Shown in pieces: positions 33,761 through 46,590 of a stretch of 64,000 nucleotides of DNA. Under the pieces are notes generated by a model that worked only from the letters and a program-made list of their open reading frames with translations, made no database searches and was not told the origin of the DNA. How positions within the stretch are numbered: position 1 is the stretch's first letter; each line of letters begins with the position of its first letter. The translations under genes and the position numbers were made by a program. Location of the stretch: the NCBI GenBank assembly GCA_051362555.1, contig CM120646.1, positions 10,540,001 to 10,604,000 of the forward strand, written 5' to 3'. The stretch is from Lingula anatina. Taxonomy: Eukaryota > Animalia > Brachiopoda.

Positions 33761-34223
33761 GGGCGCACTCAGAACAATTTGATCTGTGGACTAAAAGATC
33801 CACGGATCAAATATGGCCGAGCCACTTAAAATTAATGCCGACTTATCCTCTGACGGTCTCCCCGCCTCAACACGCGCCATTCCTGCTGGGGCCTTGCAAT
33901 TAAACCTCAGAACCGAGATTTAATCCGTTTAATGTTGCGAGTGGAGGAGGGGTGATCATCAGGTGATTAGGCGAGTTTGCTTTTAAGTGGGATCAGCCAT
34001 ATTTAGTCCGCATATCACCTGTTCTGAATGCAACATCAAAACAACTTAATCCGCGGATGCGGATCAAATATGGCCTACCAACTCGAAAGTTTGACGAATT
34101 AACCCCTTATGGGTACTGAATAGATTCCCCACGGTAATTACACGGTAAGCTTTCAAGTGGGTCGGCCATATTTGATCTGTGGATCTGTTAGTCCGTGGAT
34201 CAACTTTGGTTAATGGTGCGCCC
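33761..34223. mobile_element. MITE with GGGCGCAC termini and long imperfect TIRs (Harbinger-like ends)
   Basis: GGGCGCAC...GGATCAAATATGGCCGA mirrored by TCGGCCATATTTGATC...GTGCGCCC; TSD not clean. Confidence 0.65.
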
Positions 34224-34470
34224 ATTGCTAAATTCATATCTGTGAGTTTCCAGAGAAAATGCAGTCTTTAGCCATGGTGCAGGGTAACTGCTATGCTACG
34301 CCCCACGCATGCTATAGACATTGTAGGTATTGGGATCGTTGGTTGCATTCATGCTATTGGCTAATGTGGCACGTACTTTTCTTTGGGTTTGTTTCTCTGC
34401 CAAATTAAAAATTTAATGATTTTGCACGAGGGTTTTTTACTAGGAAACGCCTTTTGAAAAAGGACGTTTC

Positions 34471-36702
34471 AGTCATTTACTTTAATGGCACAGGTTGTTA
34501 CAATTTCATTGAGGCTGACTCTAGGCTTTGAAGATGCTTCAATGATAATTAAAAAAAAACACTGTTCAAGACCAGTTTGATGCACATATGTAATTTTATT
34601 AAGCATAGGATTGTTTTGTTAGGTCAGTTGTTGCGCCCTGCGTGAATTTCACTTTCAAAAGTTCAAATATTCGAATGCAGCACGGCATCTCACTAAACTA
34701 AATGCACTTGAAATTACATAGTAGCTAAAATTTCCAAACAAATGTGTATTAATAAGAAAAAGGAAATCGGTGGCTCAAAAAAGTCCACGTTTCCAGACTT
34801 TTTACTTGGGAAATCTCAAAATGTTTGCATTTATGAAAGCACGGTAGTTTACAGATAGTAAATAGAAATCAGGTATATATCAGGATTATAGAGTCAATAT
34901 TTTCTAAATATCATTGGTACTTTGGTACAAGCTCCTATGAACTTTTGGGAATAAGGAGGCCTAAGCGGCATTCTTAGCGGCCTCGGCTTTAAGGGCGGCG
35001 ATGGCTCCCTCAGCAATGGCTACACCGGTCCCTTTTAAGTCAAACATATTCATATTCTCCACCTCGTACGTGATGAGATTGCCAAAAAGATTAGCCTTGA
35101 CCCTGGCAATGGGTATAGGTTGACCGTAGGACACTGCCTGGCCGTAGGAAATCTAAAATAAAATGATAAAAATTATGAAATTGTGTCATCCAAGGTTCTG
35201 CAAGGACAGCTAAAAGTATAAAAAATTGCCAAAGTGATATTTTCTGTGTATATTTTGTCTACATATCCTGCAAAGCTCCCAATTTAGACCGTAAAAACTA
35301 TAAAACTATTAAATAAAATCTACCTGGCGATTTAACGTTTTTAAGTAGTTCACGGGTCATGCAGAACTAAATCATTTAATTTAAAGGAACAAAACATCGA
35401 ATTCAAGTGCAGAGACAGGTCCAGCAATAATTCGTGCAAAGGAAAATTTTGGCGGGTATAATACCGTTTATAGTGCCTTTAATCGACTGGGAACATCGTC
35501 TCGCACCCCTTCCCTCCAAATTTAGAAACGTGTATTCTTAGTCAATGAGACAAAATAATGATAAACAGTACAAGTAACAATGGTTTTCAAAAATGTTGAA
35601 AAAAAAAATTTAAAGCATCTTATCCGGGGATTTTTTCAACAATCGACAATGCCCTGGAATAACTTCTCTTACTCTCGGATCATTGCTCGACTCGTCCCTG
35701 CACTGGAGCCCGATATTTCATACCACTTTAAATCAAATAATTGAGCTCTAAATGATCCCGGTAATGTTAAGTACGCGTCTTCCTTCACATTTCAAGAGGA
35801 AATACTTGATACTTTATTTGAGAGTTTGATCTGAATTTGGTAAGCAGCATAAGGGAATATGTGGTCACATAGATAATGATTTGACAAAGTTTCCAACGGA
35901 GATGCGAAATACATTGCTTTTTATCTTACCAGTAAGTATCGAGTTAGATACCCTTTACATGTATTTAGGCTACTTTAAAAATAAGCATAAGAAACGAAAA
36001 ATTACAAACTATGATGCATATATATATGTATGTTTTACATACATGCAGGTTAGTTTGACAACAGGTGCAAGACAGACAATTTACAAACTATGCGAGGAAT
36101 ATACAGCACGTTTGTACAGTCTCGAAACGGTATGGAATGGCCAAAAGACTACCTTTTCCGCGAAGCATGTTAGGACAGACAGTCGAAAAGAGAGGAGGGG
36201 AGGGTAAAAAACTATTTTGGCAGTGTAAATATTTATCTCACCTCATGAATTTCGTACTTGTCTTCTTTGTACAGTGAGAGCCATCTCAAGTTACTCAAGG
36301 CCTGAAGCACGTCTTTGAGGGCGACTTCGTATCCATCGCAGTCTGAAATAAGTCAAATATCTACATATACAGTATTGCTCTATATACCATGCTATACTAC
36401 ATATATACGAGGTTTAAAAAAACTATTCCTAATTTTCGTGCCTATGTATATAAAACCAAGCATGTTCTTGGTGGTATTTATATTTCTCGAATTATAACTA
36501 TTCTCCTGACAGTCAGAAATTCTTAATTATCCTGTTTTGGGCAGCGATTGTCCGTGGCAGACACGAATTATTTTGAATGAAATAATTCCAACGTCTCCTT
36601 GCTAATGTTGTCCCTTTTCCCTAAATTTTTCTTTTTTTAGTGATTTCCTCTTCTTCTTGTCTATTTTCTGCCATTGTTTTAATTATTAAGTGTTTTTTCC
36701 AC

Positions 36703-36736
<34 letters not shown>

Positions 36737-39700
36737 TTACTAAGAACAGTTGTTCCATGTTACCTCTGGTTTTCACGATGTCGCAATCAGGGCACTGAGT
36801 GATGTAATAAGAGCACGCGGCGGAGGCATTACTCTGAAGAGCGTTGCAGGTCGGTTCTCCTGAACGACGGATTCTGTGTGCATTGGTGAGAATCTCGTAC
36901 AAGTCTCGACGTCGCCCTATAATATAGAAAGACAGACCCCTACTCTCAAAATTGCTCAAAATAGTTATTGTCAGATTACAGTCATTCTCCCATGTACATG
37001 TATGTTGGGGAGAACAGTGCCGCTGATTATAATTGATATTGTAAATAATTATTCTATTAATTTTTAACATAGGAACTTTGCATTGATATATGTTACTTAA
37101 AAAACGTTAATCAAAAATTTATTGGAAATATGGAAGATGCCATTATTATTATTATTAACCAACAACACCACTTTTTACTTTTAAGATATTACTCGTTCAA
37201 TTGGTAAAAGAATAATTTTAAAAAACTCACTTTTGCCTAAACCAAAATCAAGCTTCCCAAATAAGTTCCCCAAACTGCTCCCAATGCTACTCATTAAGTT
37301 TCCAAAATTAATATTCCCAATATTCTCAAAGCCTGATCCGATATTTTTGAAGAAGTCACCAGTTTCATGCAGTCCTATCTGAAACTAAAGAATAATTAAG
37401 GTAATGAAATATATGTGGGTAATTTCTATTTTGAATTATATAATGACTTTGGCAATGAACTATGTCATGTTTGAGAAATTCAATTCAATTGTGCTCAGTT
37501 ATTTGTTGGTTAAATAAAAATATAATTAAATTAAATATTGTCACTGCCCAAAACATTACAAAATCATGATTTATAATGGCATCATAATAGTGATTTGGTG
37601 ACATATCACTACGAATTTGGGATTAAAAAGTCATTTGCCAGTTGCGATACCCGTTAATTGGATTTTCATTGTGTCCACAGGAGAGCAAAATAGTAGATTT
37701 ATTCCCTTTACATAAGGAGAATAAAGTAGTGCAGAATATCATGTTGCTTTTTCTGATATGATAGGCTGCCAAAATCTCCGCTTCTGATGTCTACCATTCT
37801 AATGAGATACTTACACCGCCATCAGTGAAGAATTTGTCAGTTTCTGTTCCAAGGTAAACAAAAGGTTGTTTAGCGTCTCCTACTACGAAATTTGGAAGTG
37901 ATGAAGTGAAGAAGTTGGGAAGACCGCTCTCGAAGAAAACTTTTGAATCGTACAAAAACTTATTAAAGCCCGTTGGTGAGCAGACATCCTCTGCGCTGTA
38001 ATAGAACGAAAACCCGGGTTAAGTAAAGCGGACAACATCGTAAAGGAAAAAAAATTATTATGCCAGTTCACCACCTCTCAAGCATAAATGTAGCTAAAAG
38101 AACTACACTCCAAGAATTATTTTTTGATTTTTTTCTTCCATAAAATCGTAATAAACAGTATATTGTCATGAACATTCTGTTACTGTCTACTTACCGTGCT
38201 TCGCACTTCGCTTTAACGCAGTCAACACAAAGTTGTGTCTTCGTTTCTACTACTTTATTACAAGAAGCGTTTACTACTTGAAACTGCTCGAGGGAGACAT
38301 TGTATGCTACTTGGTCGGCTTCTATTTGCAACACCAGTATTTGAACACCGTTACTGACATAAGCTGAAACCAAGGGGAAAAAACTTACAAGCATTCTATA
38401 TTGCACAGAGTCATTAATCAATTTCATTCTGTTCTGTTTTGTCCACAGTTCAAATGTCAGGAAAATATATCCGTTATCGCCCATCGCTTGTTGTATTGAA
38501 GCTCTTAGAAACAGGAGATGGAAAATGAGGAGTACTCTGTCTATGGCTTATGGTAACAAACATTGTTAGACAAAAAATTAACTTAATAAAATTTAATAAA
38601 TAAATAAATAAAATTATTGAGCACAGATCTAAGGAACAGTTTGTTCTTTTTAAAGGAAAAAAGTTAATTTTCAGATGGATTAGAATTTAAGCCCCAGTTA
38701 AACGATTGTGTTCTTCGAAAACATATCTATAATAATGATAATATTAATAATAATAATCTGCTTCTGAGGTCTGGACAGATTTATCAAAGAAAGTACAAGT
38801 ATAAAACACCACGTTAAATTCTAACGATTTCATACTGCCTACCTGGATAGAGGCCTGATGGTACCACCTCGCGACTGTAAGATGGCGCGAAAACTACCGC
38901 CAAAACAGCAAATAAAAATATAACTTTTCCCATTATAACACCTTCTTATATTTCTGTATGCCTTATCTATTTCTCTCTCTCTCTGTCTGTTGTCTCTGTG
39001 TCTCTTGCTGAGTTATGTTTATAATGCCGAGAAGCAGCGCCTTTTATACTTTTCACGAAGCCCACACAGTCACACCTATGGTCAATTTTTGTTTACGATA
39101 GCATGCTGTCCGGACAGCATCCGCATCTCATGCGTCCAGCCCCAGCCTAGGGTAACGTCTCCTCTCACGCATAGGTGAAATTAGTATAATAATCATTATT
39201 ATCATGCCAAGTTGACGTCCAGTTGATTTTTATGTCCATGTAAACAGGTCAATGACCTTCGCGTCGTCTAGTGGAAAATGTCCATGGTATTGACAAATTT
39301 TGAGGCGTTTATCTATTTCACTATTTACGGACGTACATGAATGAACAAAATTTTTATACGTTGTTTTTATTGATGATTTTTATCGATCTTTACTTGCTTT
39401 GATAATACCTGTGATCTAAAAACTTAATATGGACGAGAAACACATAATAATTTGTCACATATATGTAGCACTAGAAAAGTACCCGTCCAAGGGCCGCATA
39501 TGGCTCTGAGATTTATTGATTGATTTATTGATATATAACACACATATATACTTTATAAGTGAATACTAAAAGAGGTACATTGCTTGGAATTTTGCCGCTC
39601 AGCGACGCTATTGTTTTCAGCTGCGAATGCCTCCCCCTGCATGGCATTTACTTGCAAACTACGGTCGTAAATCGTCGTCAAAAGCTGTAAAATGGTGGTC

Positions 39701-41590
39701 ACTGCATGGATTTGACACTTTGTTGACGTTGTCAGAGAGTTAATGGATTGTTTGTACGCGATTTCATAGTACGGGTTTTTACTGCAATCGAGATTAACGA
39801 GACTAAAGATGGGCTTCTCCTATCTTATTATACATATTATGGAATCATAGGAGTAAAATTTTACGACTGGTATAGCATGAAAAGTAATTAAAAGAGCATT
39901 AGTTATATAAAGACAACTGTTTTCAATAGTCACTTCAAAACATGAAAATTCTACAGACGGACAGGTTAATAATATGTTATCATAGTACCCTTGGGTGTCA
40001 GACAATCTTCGTATCAGGTACACGTCGGAACTTGTTGTTTTCTTTTGTTGACGTATAGCAAAACGCACCTCGACGGCATTAGCAGCGTACAAAATATGTC
40101 GAGGTGCGTTTACCGCAGACTGACGTATCTTTGTCGAAAGGATCAGAACCTTTGACACCGAAGAAAGAGCTGATTTTATTTTTGGAAAGCGTGTGGTCGA
40201 CATCATCCTAAAAAAGGTGTAATGATTTACTTAAGTCACGACGACTGAGGGGCCGACAAAGAAGCGGTTCAAAAGTGACTGTCATTGGCAATTAGATGGG
40301 TGATCATGAAAAGTTAAACGCTAGTTCTCTGGATACCTAAACTAAACACACTACGCAGAAAAAATACACTAAAAGACTGATAAACACTAAGCAAGGTGCG
40401 AAGGAAGGCTTCCACAACCAAATTAAAACGAATATCCTACTTCTCAGTCGTTCCTCGACCCTAGATTCAATTTTTGACTTAATTAAGACATGTTACATGG
40501 ACTTTTATTCTTTTTTACGCTAAATTGATCTGGTGAAAAAGCACAGTGAATAAATTTAATAATTATTATTACAGTAATAATACATACATATAAACATACA
40601 TACATACATACATACATAAACCGTATCAGTTGAACAACTCTAAAAATTATACAAATTGGTAATGAACAGTGAAGAGAGTAATCATCCATGATGGATTGGA
40701 ACTGTTTCTTTTCTCTAAATTGTGACTGCTGGTTCGAAATCTTGTCAGGATATTTCTCTTGCTTGGATCATATCTACATGTACTCTATACTTCAGACCCT
40801 TCTAGCTATACAAAACTGGACGAAGGAATTCTGGTTAAGTTTACTTGATATCAAAATATATTTTTTCCTTTTTCAGAATCAAGTTTAAATGTTGTATGTT
40901 CTCGGGAGGGTATTTTTGTGATACCTTACTGTGTTAGTTATTAGACTGGGAAATATTCATGCAGAAAGAGTTTTTAAAAAAGGTTAACGGCGATATGCGG
41001 CATTTCGGAAAATTATCAGAGGCGCAGTAGCAATCTTCTTGGAGGATTCAGGACGTGCCAATCATCCGCCTCATATGGGTTGAAGTGAAAAAAACATAAT
41101 AAGAAAGCGACTGGCTGCAGCAAACTGTGCATGTCTCAAACATATTTGTCTTTTAATTTGAATGGCCACGGCAAATATCTGTTGTAAAAAAATATTTTTG
41201 GACAACGCGTAAGCCCATTAAAATCAAATGCGGATACCCAAGTACTCATAGCCGGAAACGCTAAAATTAATTTTGTATCTGGTTTACCTCCTACGCAGAC
41301 AAGGTTTTATATTTATCCTTCTCAAAACAACCTGCTTTGGTAAGTTTTGTTGTTTTCGTCCAAATCGAGAATCCTGTTGATCCTTGCTAGAAAAGATACT
41401 GTCCGTAAACATAAACGGCCACACCTGTAAGGATGCGTGTTACAAGCATGCTGGATCTATTTCATTTTGAAACTATTTACTATTTTTAAATAGAAAGTAA
41501 ATTCCGGTTTAAAAGGTCAACCCACCAAGAGTTATGCAGGCCAGTGATTTCTCTCTCTCGTTCTCTCTCTCTTCCTCTCTCTCTCTCTAT
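34471..41590. repeat. Tandem segmental duplication, copy B
   Basis: Colinear with 23355-32410. Confidence 0.85.
34961..38933 (-). CDS. Uncharacterised secreted Cys-containing protein, paralog B (7 exons)
   Basis: Same exon layout as paralog A (exon 1 38933-38843, last exon 35152-34961). No stops seen; all Cys and the KRRRR and R(I/V)RR sites retained. Confidence 0.85.
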
Positions 41591-42113
41591 CAGGGAATAT
41601 TGTAACGGCGTCCTCTCTACTGTCCGAGGTCTGTTCCGGGAGTTGAGAAGGGGGGGGGGGGGGGCTCCCTATCAAGGTTTCTGTCTTCCTCTTGGAGTTT
41701 GATATGACATGCATTACTTACCTTTCTTTAATTCCTTGGTCAAACGTAGTGTAAAAAGAAAAATTGCGCCAATCGTACAAGATCGTGATCATAAATTTTA
41801 CAATTATAACTATTGTTATTGGTCACAAGCCTCATGAAGGGTTTTTACTCCCCCGAATAAGAGGGATACATTAAAATACATAGTGCTGATGCTCGAGACC
41901 CTTGTCGCTAGCGAGTTTCCAATGCCAACTCCTATTTTCAGCGAATTTGTTTTGTATATTAGATGCTTTCATTTATTTTTTGTTTAAACAAGGCAGCAAA
42001 GCTGTCAAATGTACAGACAAAAAGCAGGAAATAACAAAAAAAGGCTACTGTCAATTCTGATGCAAAAGTACATTATGTTAAACTGCAAATTCAACATCAA
42101 ATTTTAATTATGC

Positions 42114-45100
42114 TCAACAGGTAAAATACATCTGTGTCTGTACATAAAAACGGCATTTCTTTAAAATAATGGCCCGATTATGCTGATTTTTGAACTCAAC
42201 CTGCGATTTAGCAGGAATGACCACTCCTGTGAGTTTAATGACAATTGGCCTATCTGTTTTTCTTATATTGTGTTTACAGTGTTGCATATATGCTGAAAAG
42301 TGAAAAAAAAAAAGCATAACTACTAAAATAGTGGCCCGATCATGCCGATTTTTGAACTTGACCTGCGTTTTAGTAAGATCAATTACTCTGCATTTTAGTC
42401 CTGTATTTCTTTTTTGAAAGTTTGACAATCATAAGTAACATGGTTTTCCCATAATGGTCATCTTAGCAGCAGCACCCAAAATTGTGTTTTCTTCTATTCT
42501 GATGCAATATTACATAATGGTTAACAGCAAAATGACCGTTAATTTTTAATAATTAAATACACATATCATGGATTTTCAGAAAATGTTACTAGCATGGGTC
42601 TTCAAGCCCGTGGAACATGCCGATTTTCGAACTTGACCTGTGTTATAGTAAGATCAATTACTCCTGTGATTTTCATGACAACAGGCCTATCGGTTTTCCT
42701 TAAAATGTGTTTACAGTGTTGCATATATGCTGAAAAGTGAAAAAACAGCATAACTTCTACAATAATGGCCCGATCATGCTGATTTTTTAACTTGACCTGC
42801 GTTTTATGAATATTCATCAGCTCTGTAAATATACAGCCAAAAAGTAAAACTGCCTTCCACTTATCATGTTTACAATGAAAGTGCACGGCATCGGCACCGG
42901 CGACAACGGCGACGACAGACGCAGGTGATGGCAATATGTACAGACACATCTGTACATATTTACTGTACTGTTTGAGAACAGTAAGTGACATGGTTTTTCT
43001 TAAATGGTCATCATGGGAGCAGTGCCCAAAATAGGTTTTTTTCAAATTTTGATGCAATATTACATAATGTTTAACAGCATAATGACCATCAATTTTTAAT
43101 AATAAAATATTAGTATCATGGATATTCAGAAAATGTGACTAGCAAAGGTCTTCAGGCCCATGGAACTTCCAAGTCACAACTTGAAAATGCCAAAATGTAA
43201 ACAAGACAGCACTGTTCTGAAATGTTTTTTTTTTTTTCATTTTTAACACTTTTTTTAACATAAAACAAAATTAACAGGTTACTGCCATTTTTACACGATC
43301 AACTAAGAAAATTGATGAGATGGGAAAAATATCAATACAACAGTGTTAAATGTCCAATTTCCTCCATTCTGAGATTCTGAACATAGTGAATGATTGAATC
43401 TGACAAACTGCAATGATATGAGTTTATTTCCATTTTTGAAACTTTATTACACAATACACGCTAAAAAGTTTACCATTATTTTTACATAATCAACTAACAA
43501 TGTTGTAAAGATGCAGGAAATGTCAAACAAACACTTTTACGTATCTTATTAGTTCAATAATGAGACTGTTAACATGCCTAAGAGTTGAATCTGAGGAAAT
43601 TTGAAAAAACAGCATAACTTCTAAAATAATGGCCCGATTATGCTGATTTTCGAACTCAACCTGTGTTTTAGTAAGATTGACCACTCCTGTGAGTTAAATG
43701 ACAATTGGCCTATCTGTTTTTCTTATATTGTGTTTACAGTGTTGCATATATGCTGAAAAATGAAAAAACAGCATAACAACTAAAATAGTGGCCCGATCAT
43801 GCCGATTTTCGATCTTGACCTGCGTTTTAGTAAGATTGATTACTCCTGTGAGTTTCATGACAACAGGCCTAACGGTTTTCCTTAAAATGTGTTTACAGGG
43901 TTGCATATATGCTGAAAAGTGAAAGAACAGCATAATTTCTACAATAATGGCCTGATCATGCTGGTTTTCGAACTTGACCTGCGTTTTATGAATATTCATC
44001 AGCTTTGTAAATATTAAGCCAAAAAGTAAAACTGCCCTCCACTTATTGTGTTTACAAGGAAAGTGCACGGCGCCGGCATCGGCATCGGCGACGGCGACGG
44101 CGACGACAGACGCAGGTGATGGCAATATGTACAGACACATCTGTGTCTGTACATAATGATCAACTAAGAAAATTGATGAGATGGAAAAAATATCAATAGA
44201 ATAGTGTTAAATGTCCAATTTTCTCCATTCTGAGATTCTGAACATAGTGAATGATTGAATCTGACAAACTGCAATGATATGAGTTTATTTCCATTTTTGA
44301 CACTTTATTACACAATACATGATAACAAGTTTACCATCATTTTTACATAACCAACTAACAATGTTGTAAAGATGCAGGAAATGTCAAACAAACACTTTTA
44401 CGTATCTTATTAGTTCAATAATGAGACTGTTAACATGCCTAAGAATTGAATCTGAGGAAATGTGAAAAAAGAACATATCTTCTAAAATAATGGTCCGATT
44501 ATGCTGATCATTTAACTCAACCTGCGTTTTAGCAGGATTGACCACTCCTGTGAGTTTAATGACAATTGGCCTATCGGTTTTCCTTGGAATGTGTTTACAG
44601 TGTTGCATATATGCTGAAAAGTGAAAAATAAAGCATAACTTCTACAATAATGGCCCGATCATGCTGATTTTCGAACTTGACCTGCGTTTTATGAATATTC
44701 ATCAGCTGTGTAAATATAAAGCCAAAAAGTAAAACTGCCTTCCACTTATCGTGTTTACAATGAAAGTGCACGGCACCAGCAACGGCAATGACGGGGACAA
44801 CAGACGCAGGTGATGGCAATACTGTATGTACAGACACATCTATATATATTTACTGTACTGTTTGAGAACAGTAAGTGACATGGTTTTTCTTAAATGGTCA
44901 TCATGGGAGCAGTGGCCAAAATAGGTTTTTTTCAAATTTTGATGCAATATTACATAATGTTTAACAGCATGATGACCATCAATTTTTAATAATAAAATAT
45001 TAGTATCATTGATATTCAGAAAATGTGACTAGCAAAGGTCTTCAGGCCCATGGAATTTCAAAGTCACAACTTGAAAATGCCAAAATGTAAACAAGACAGC

Positions 45101-45771
45101 ACTGTTCTGAAATGTTTTTTTTTTTCAATTTTTAACAATTTTTAACATAAAATAAAATTAACAGTTTACTGCCATTTTTACATGATCAACTAAGAAAATT
45201 GATGAGATGGGAAAAATATCAACAGAGCAGTGTTAAATGTCCAATTTCTTCTATTATGAGATTCTGAACATAGTGGATGATTGAATCTGACAAACTGCAA
45301 TGATATGTGTTTATTTCCATTTTTGACACTTTATTACACAATACACGATAACAAGTTTACCATCATTTTCACAAAATCAACTAACAATGTTGTAAAGATG
45401 CAGGAAATGTCAAACAAAAACTTTTACGTATCTTATTAGTTTAATAATGAGACTGTTAACATGCCTAAGAATTGAATCTGAAGAAATGTGAAAAATATGC
45501 AGAAAAGTGAAAAAACAGCATAACCTCTACAATAATGGCCCGATCATGCTGATTTTCGAACTTGACCTGCGTTTTATGAATATTCATCAGCTCTGTAAAT
45601 ATAAAGCCAAAAAGTAAAACTGCCCTCCACTTATCGTGTTTACAAGGAAAGTGCACGGCGCCGGCATCGGCATCGGCATCGGCATCGCCATCGCCATCGC
45701 CATCGCCATCGGCGACGACAGACGCAGGTGATGGCAATATGTACAGACACATCTGTGTCTGTACATAAAAA
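42114..45771 (-). mobile_element. Helentron-associated (HINE/DINE-1-like) element mosaic with internal tandem repeats
   Basis: Subterminal palindrome TGTACAGACACA.ATGTGTCTGTACA, (GGCATC/GGCGAC)n microsatellite, ~125-bp tandem units containing GTCAAGTTCGAAAATC, TT/TGTT termini, and large internal duplications (~42960-43600 vs ~44850-45480). Confidence 0.65.
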
Positions 45772-46548
45772 TGCAACACAAGGGATATCAGTTTCATGGG
45801 CGACTTCAGAAAAGTGTTCGAATCCGCGTTTACTTCGTTTACAATTTGTGCAAATTTGATGTTTTGAAGAGATGATTGAATTACCTTAACTTTTTTCCGT
45901 ACTTCAGATTGCTAAAAAGAAGGAACATGAAACATAAAAAAGAAGCCGTTATTTTTGTCATTTTGTTCCAATTACTGTAGGTTGATGGTGGCTTCATTTT
46001 TAATGATCTTATCAAAAACTGAGACGACCAATATTCAAAGTTCAACTTCATGACCAATACGCTACTCAACCAGACATTTCTGTGCTCAGTTGCCTTAAAT
46101 ATCTCAAAATGGTAATGAATGGTGATCACCAGCGACTATCTTGGGTGATCAACGGTCGCATGTCTTGGACGTAACTTCTTGGCTTCGTAAACGCACCGAA
46201 GCATTTCCTACAGTGCGAAGTCAAATATTGCCCCAGTTCTAACCGAGAGTTCAGATTTTTGCAAGTTTAGCCTCGTAATTATACCCCGAATTATCACTGT
46301 CATTGTTGGTCCTTTGATCATATATTTCTAAAGAGACAAAATTTTAAATTGTAATTTTAGTTTGATTGGAGGCAATACAATTGCAAAGTAAGTAATTTCA
46401 TTCTTTTCTAAAAGTCATTTCTTTTACAATGTACTGCATCACATTAAAATCTGACATACGTATCTAAAGTACCTTTTTCTTCTTTATCAATGATCATGGA
46501 GGAGCGACAGGTATACCATTGAAATATCATGCTATTGAATTTGTAACA

Positions 46549-46549
46549 A

Positions 46550-46582
<33 letters not shown>

Positions 46583-46590
46583 CTCACACA
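46549..46590. repeat. (CA)n microsatellite
   Basis: Direct reading. Confidence 0.9.

Noticed and set aside
23355-41590. Duplication as an uncollapsed haplotype artefact
   Set aside because: Introns and flanks are substantially diverged with copy-specific TE insertions, which fits a true paralogous duplication better; read depth would be the decisive test.
42114-45797. Repeated ORFs (KTQVKFENQHDRA...) as a repeat protein or CRISPR-like array
   Set aside because: They are translations of non-coding tandem units. There are no unique spacers and no cas genes, and the context is eukaryotic.
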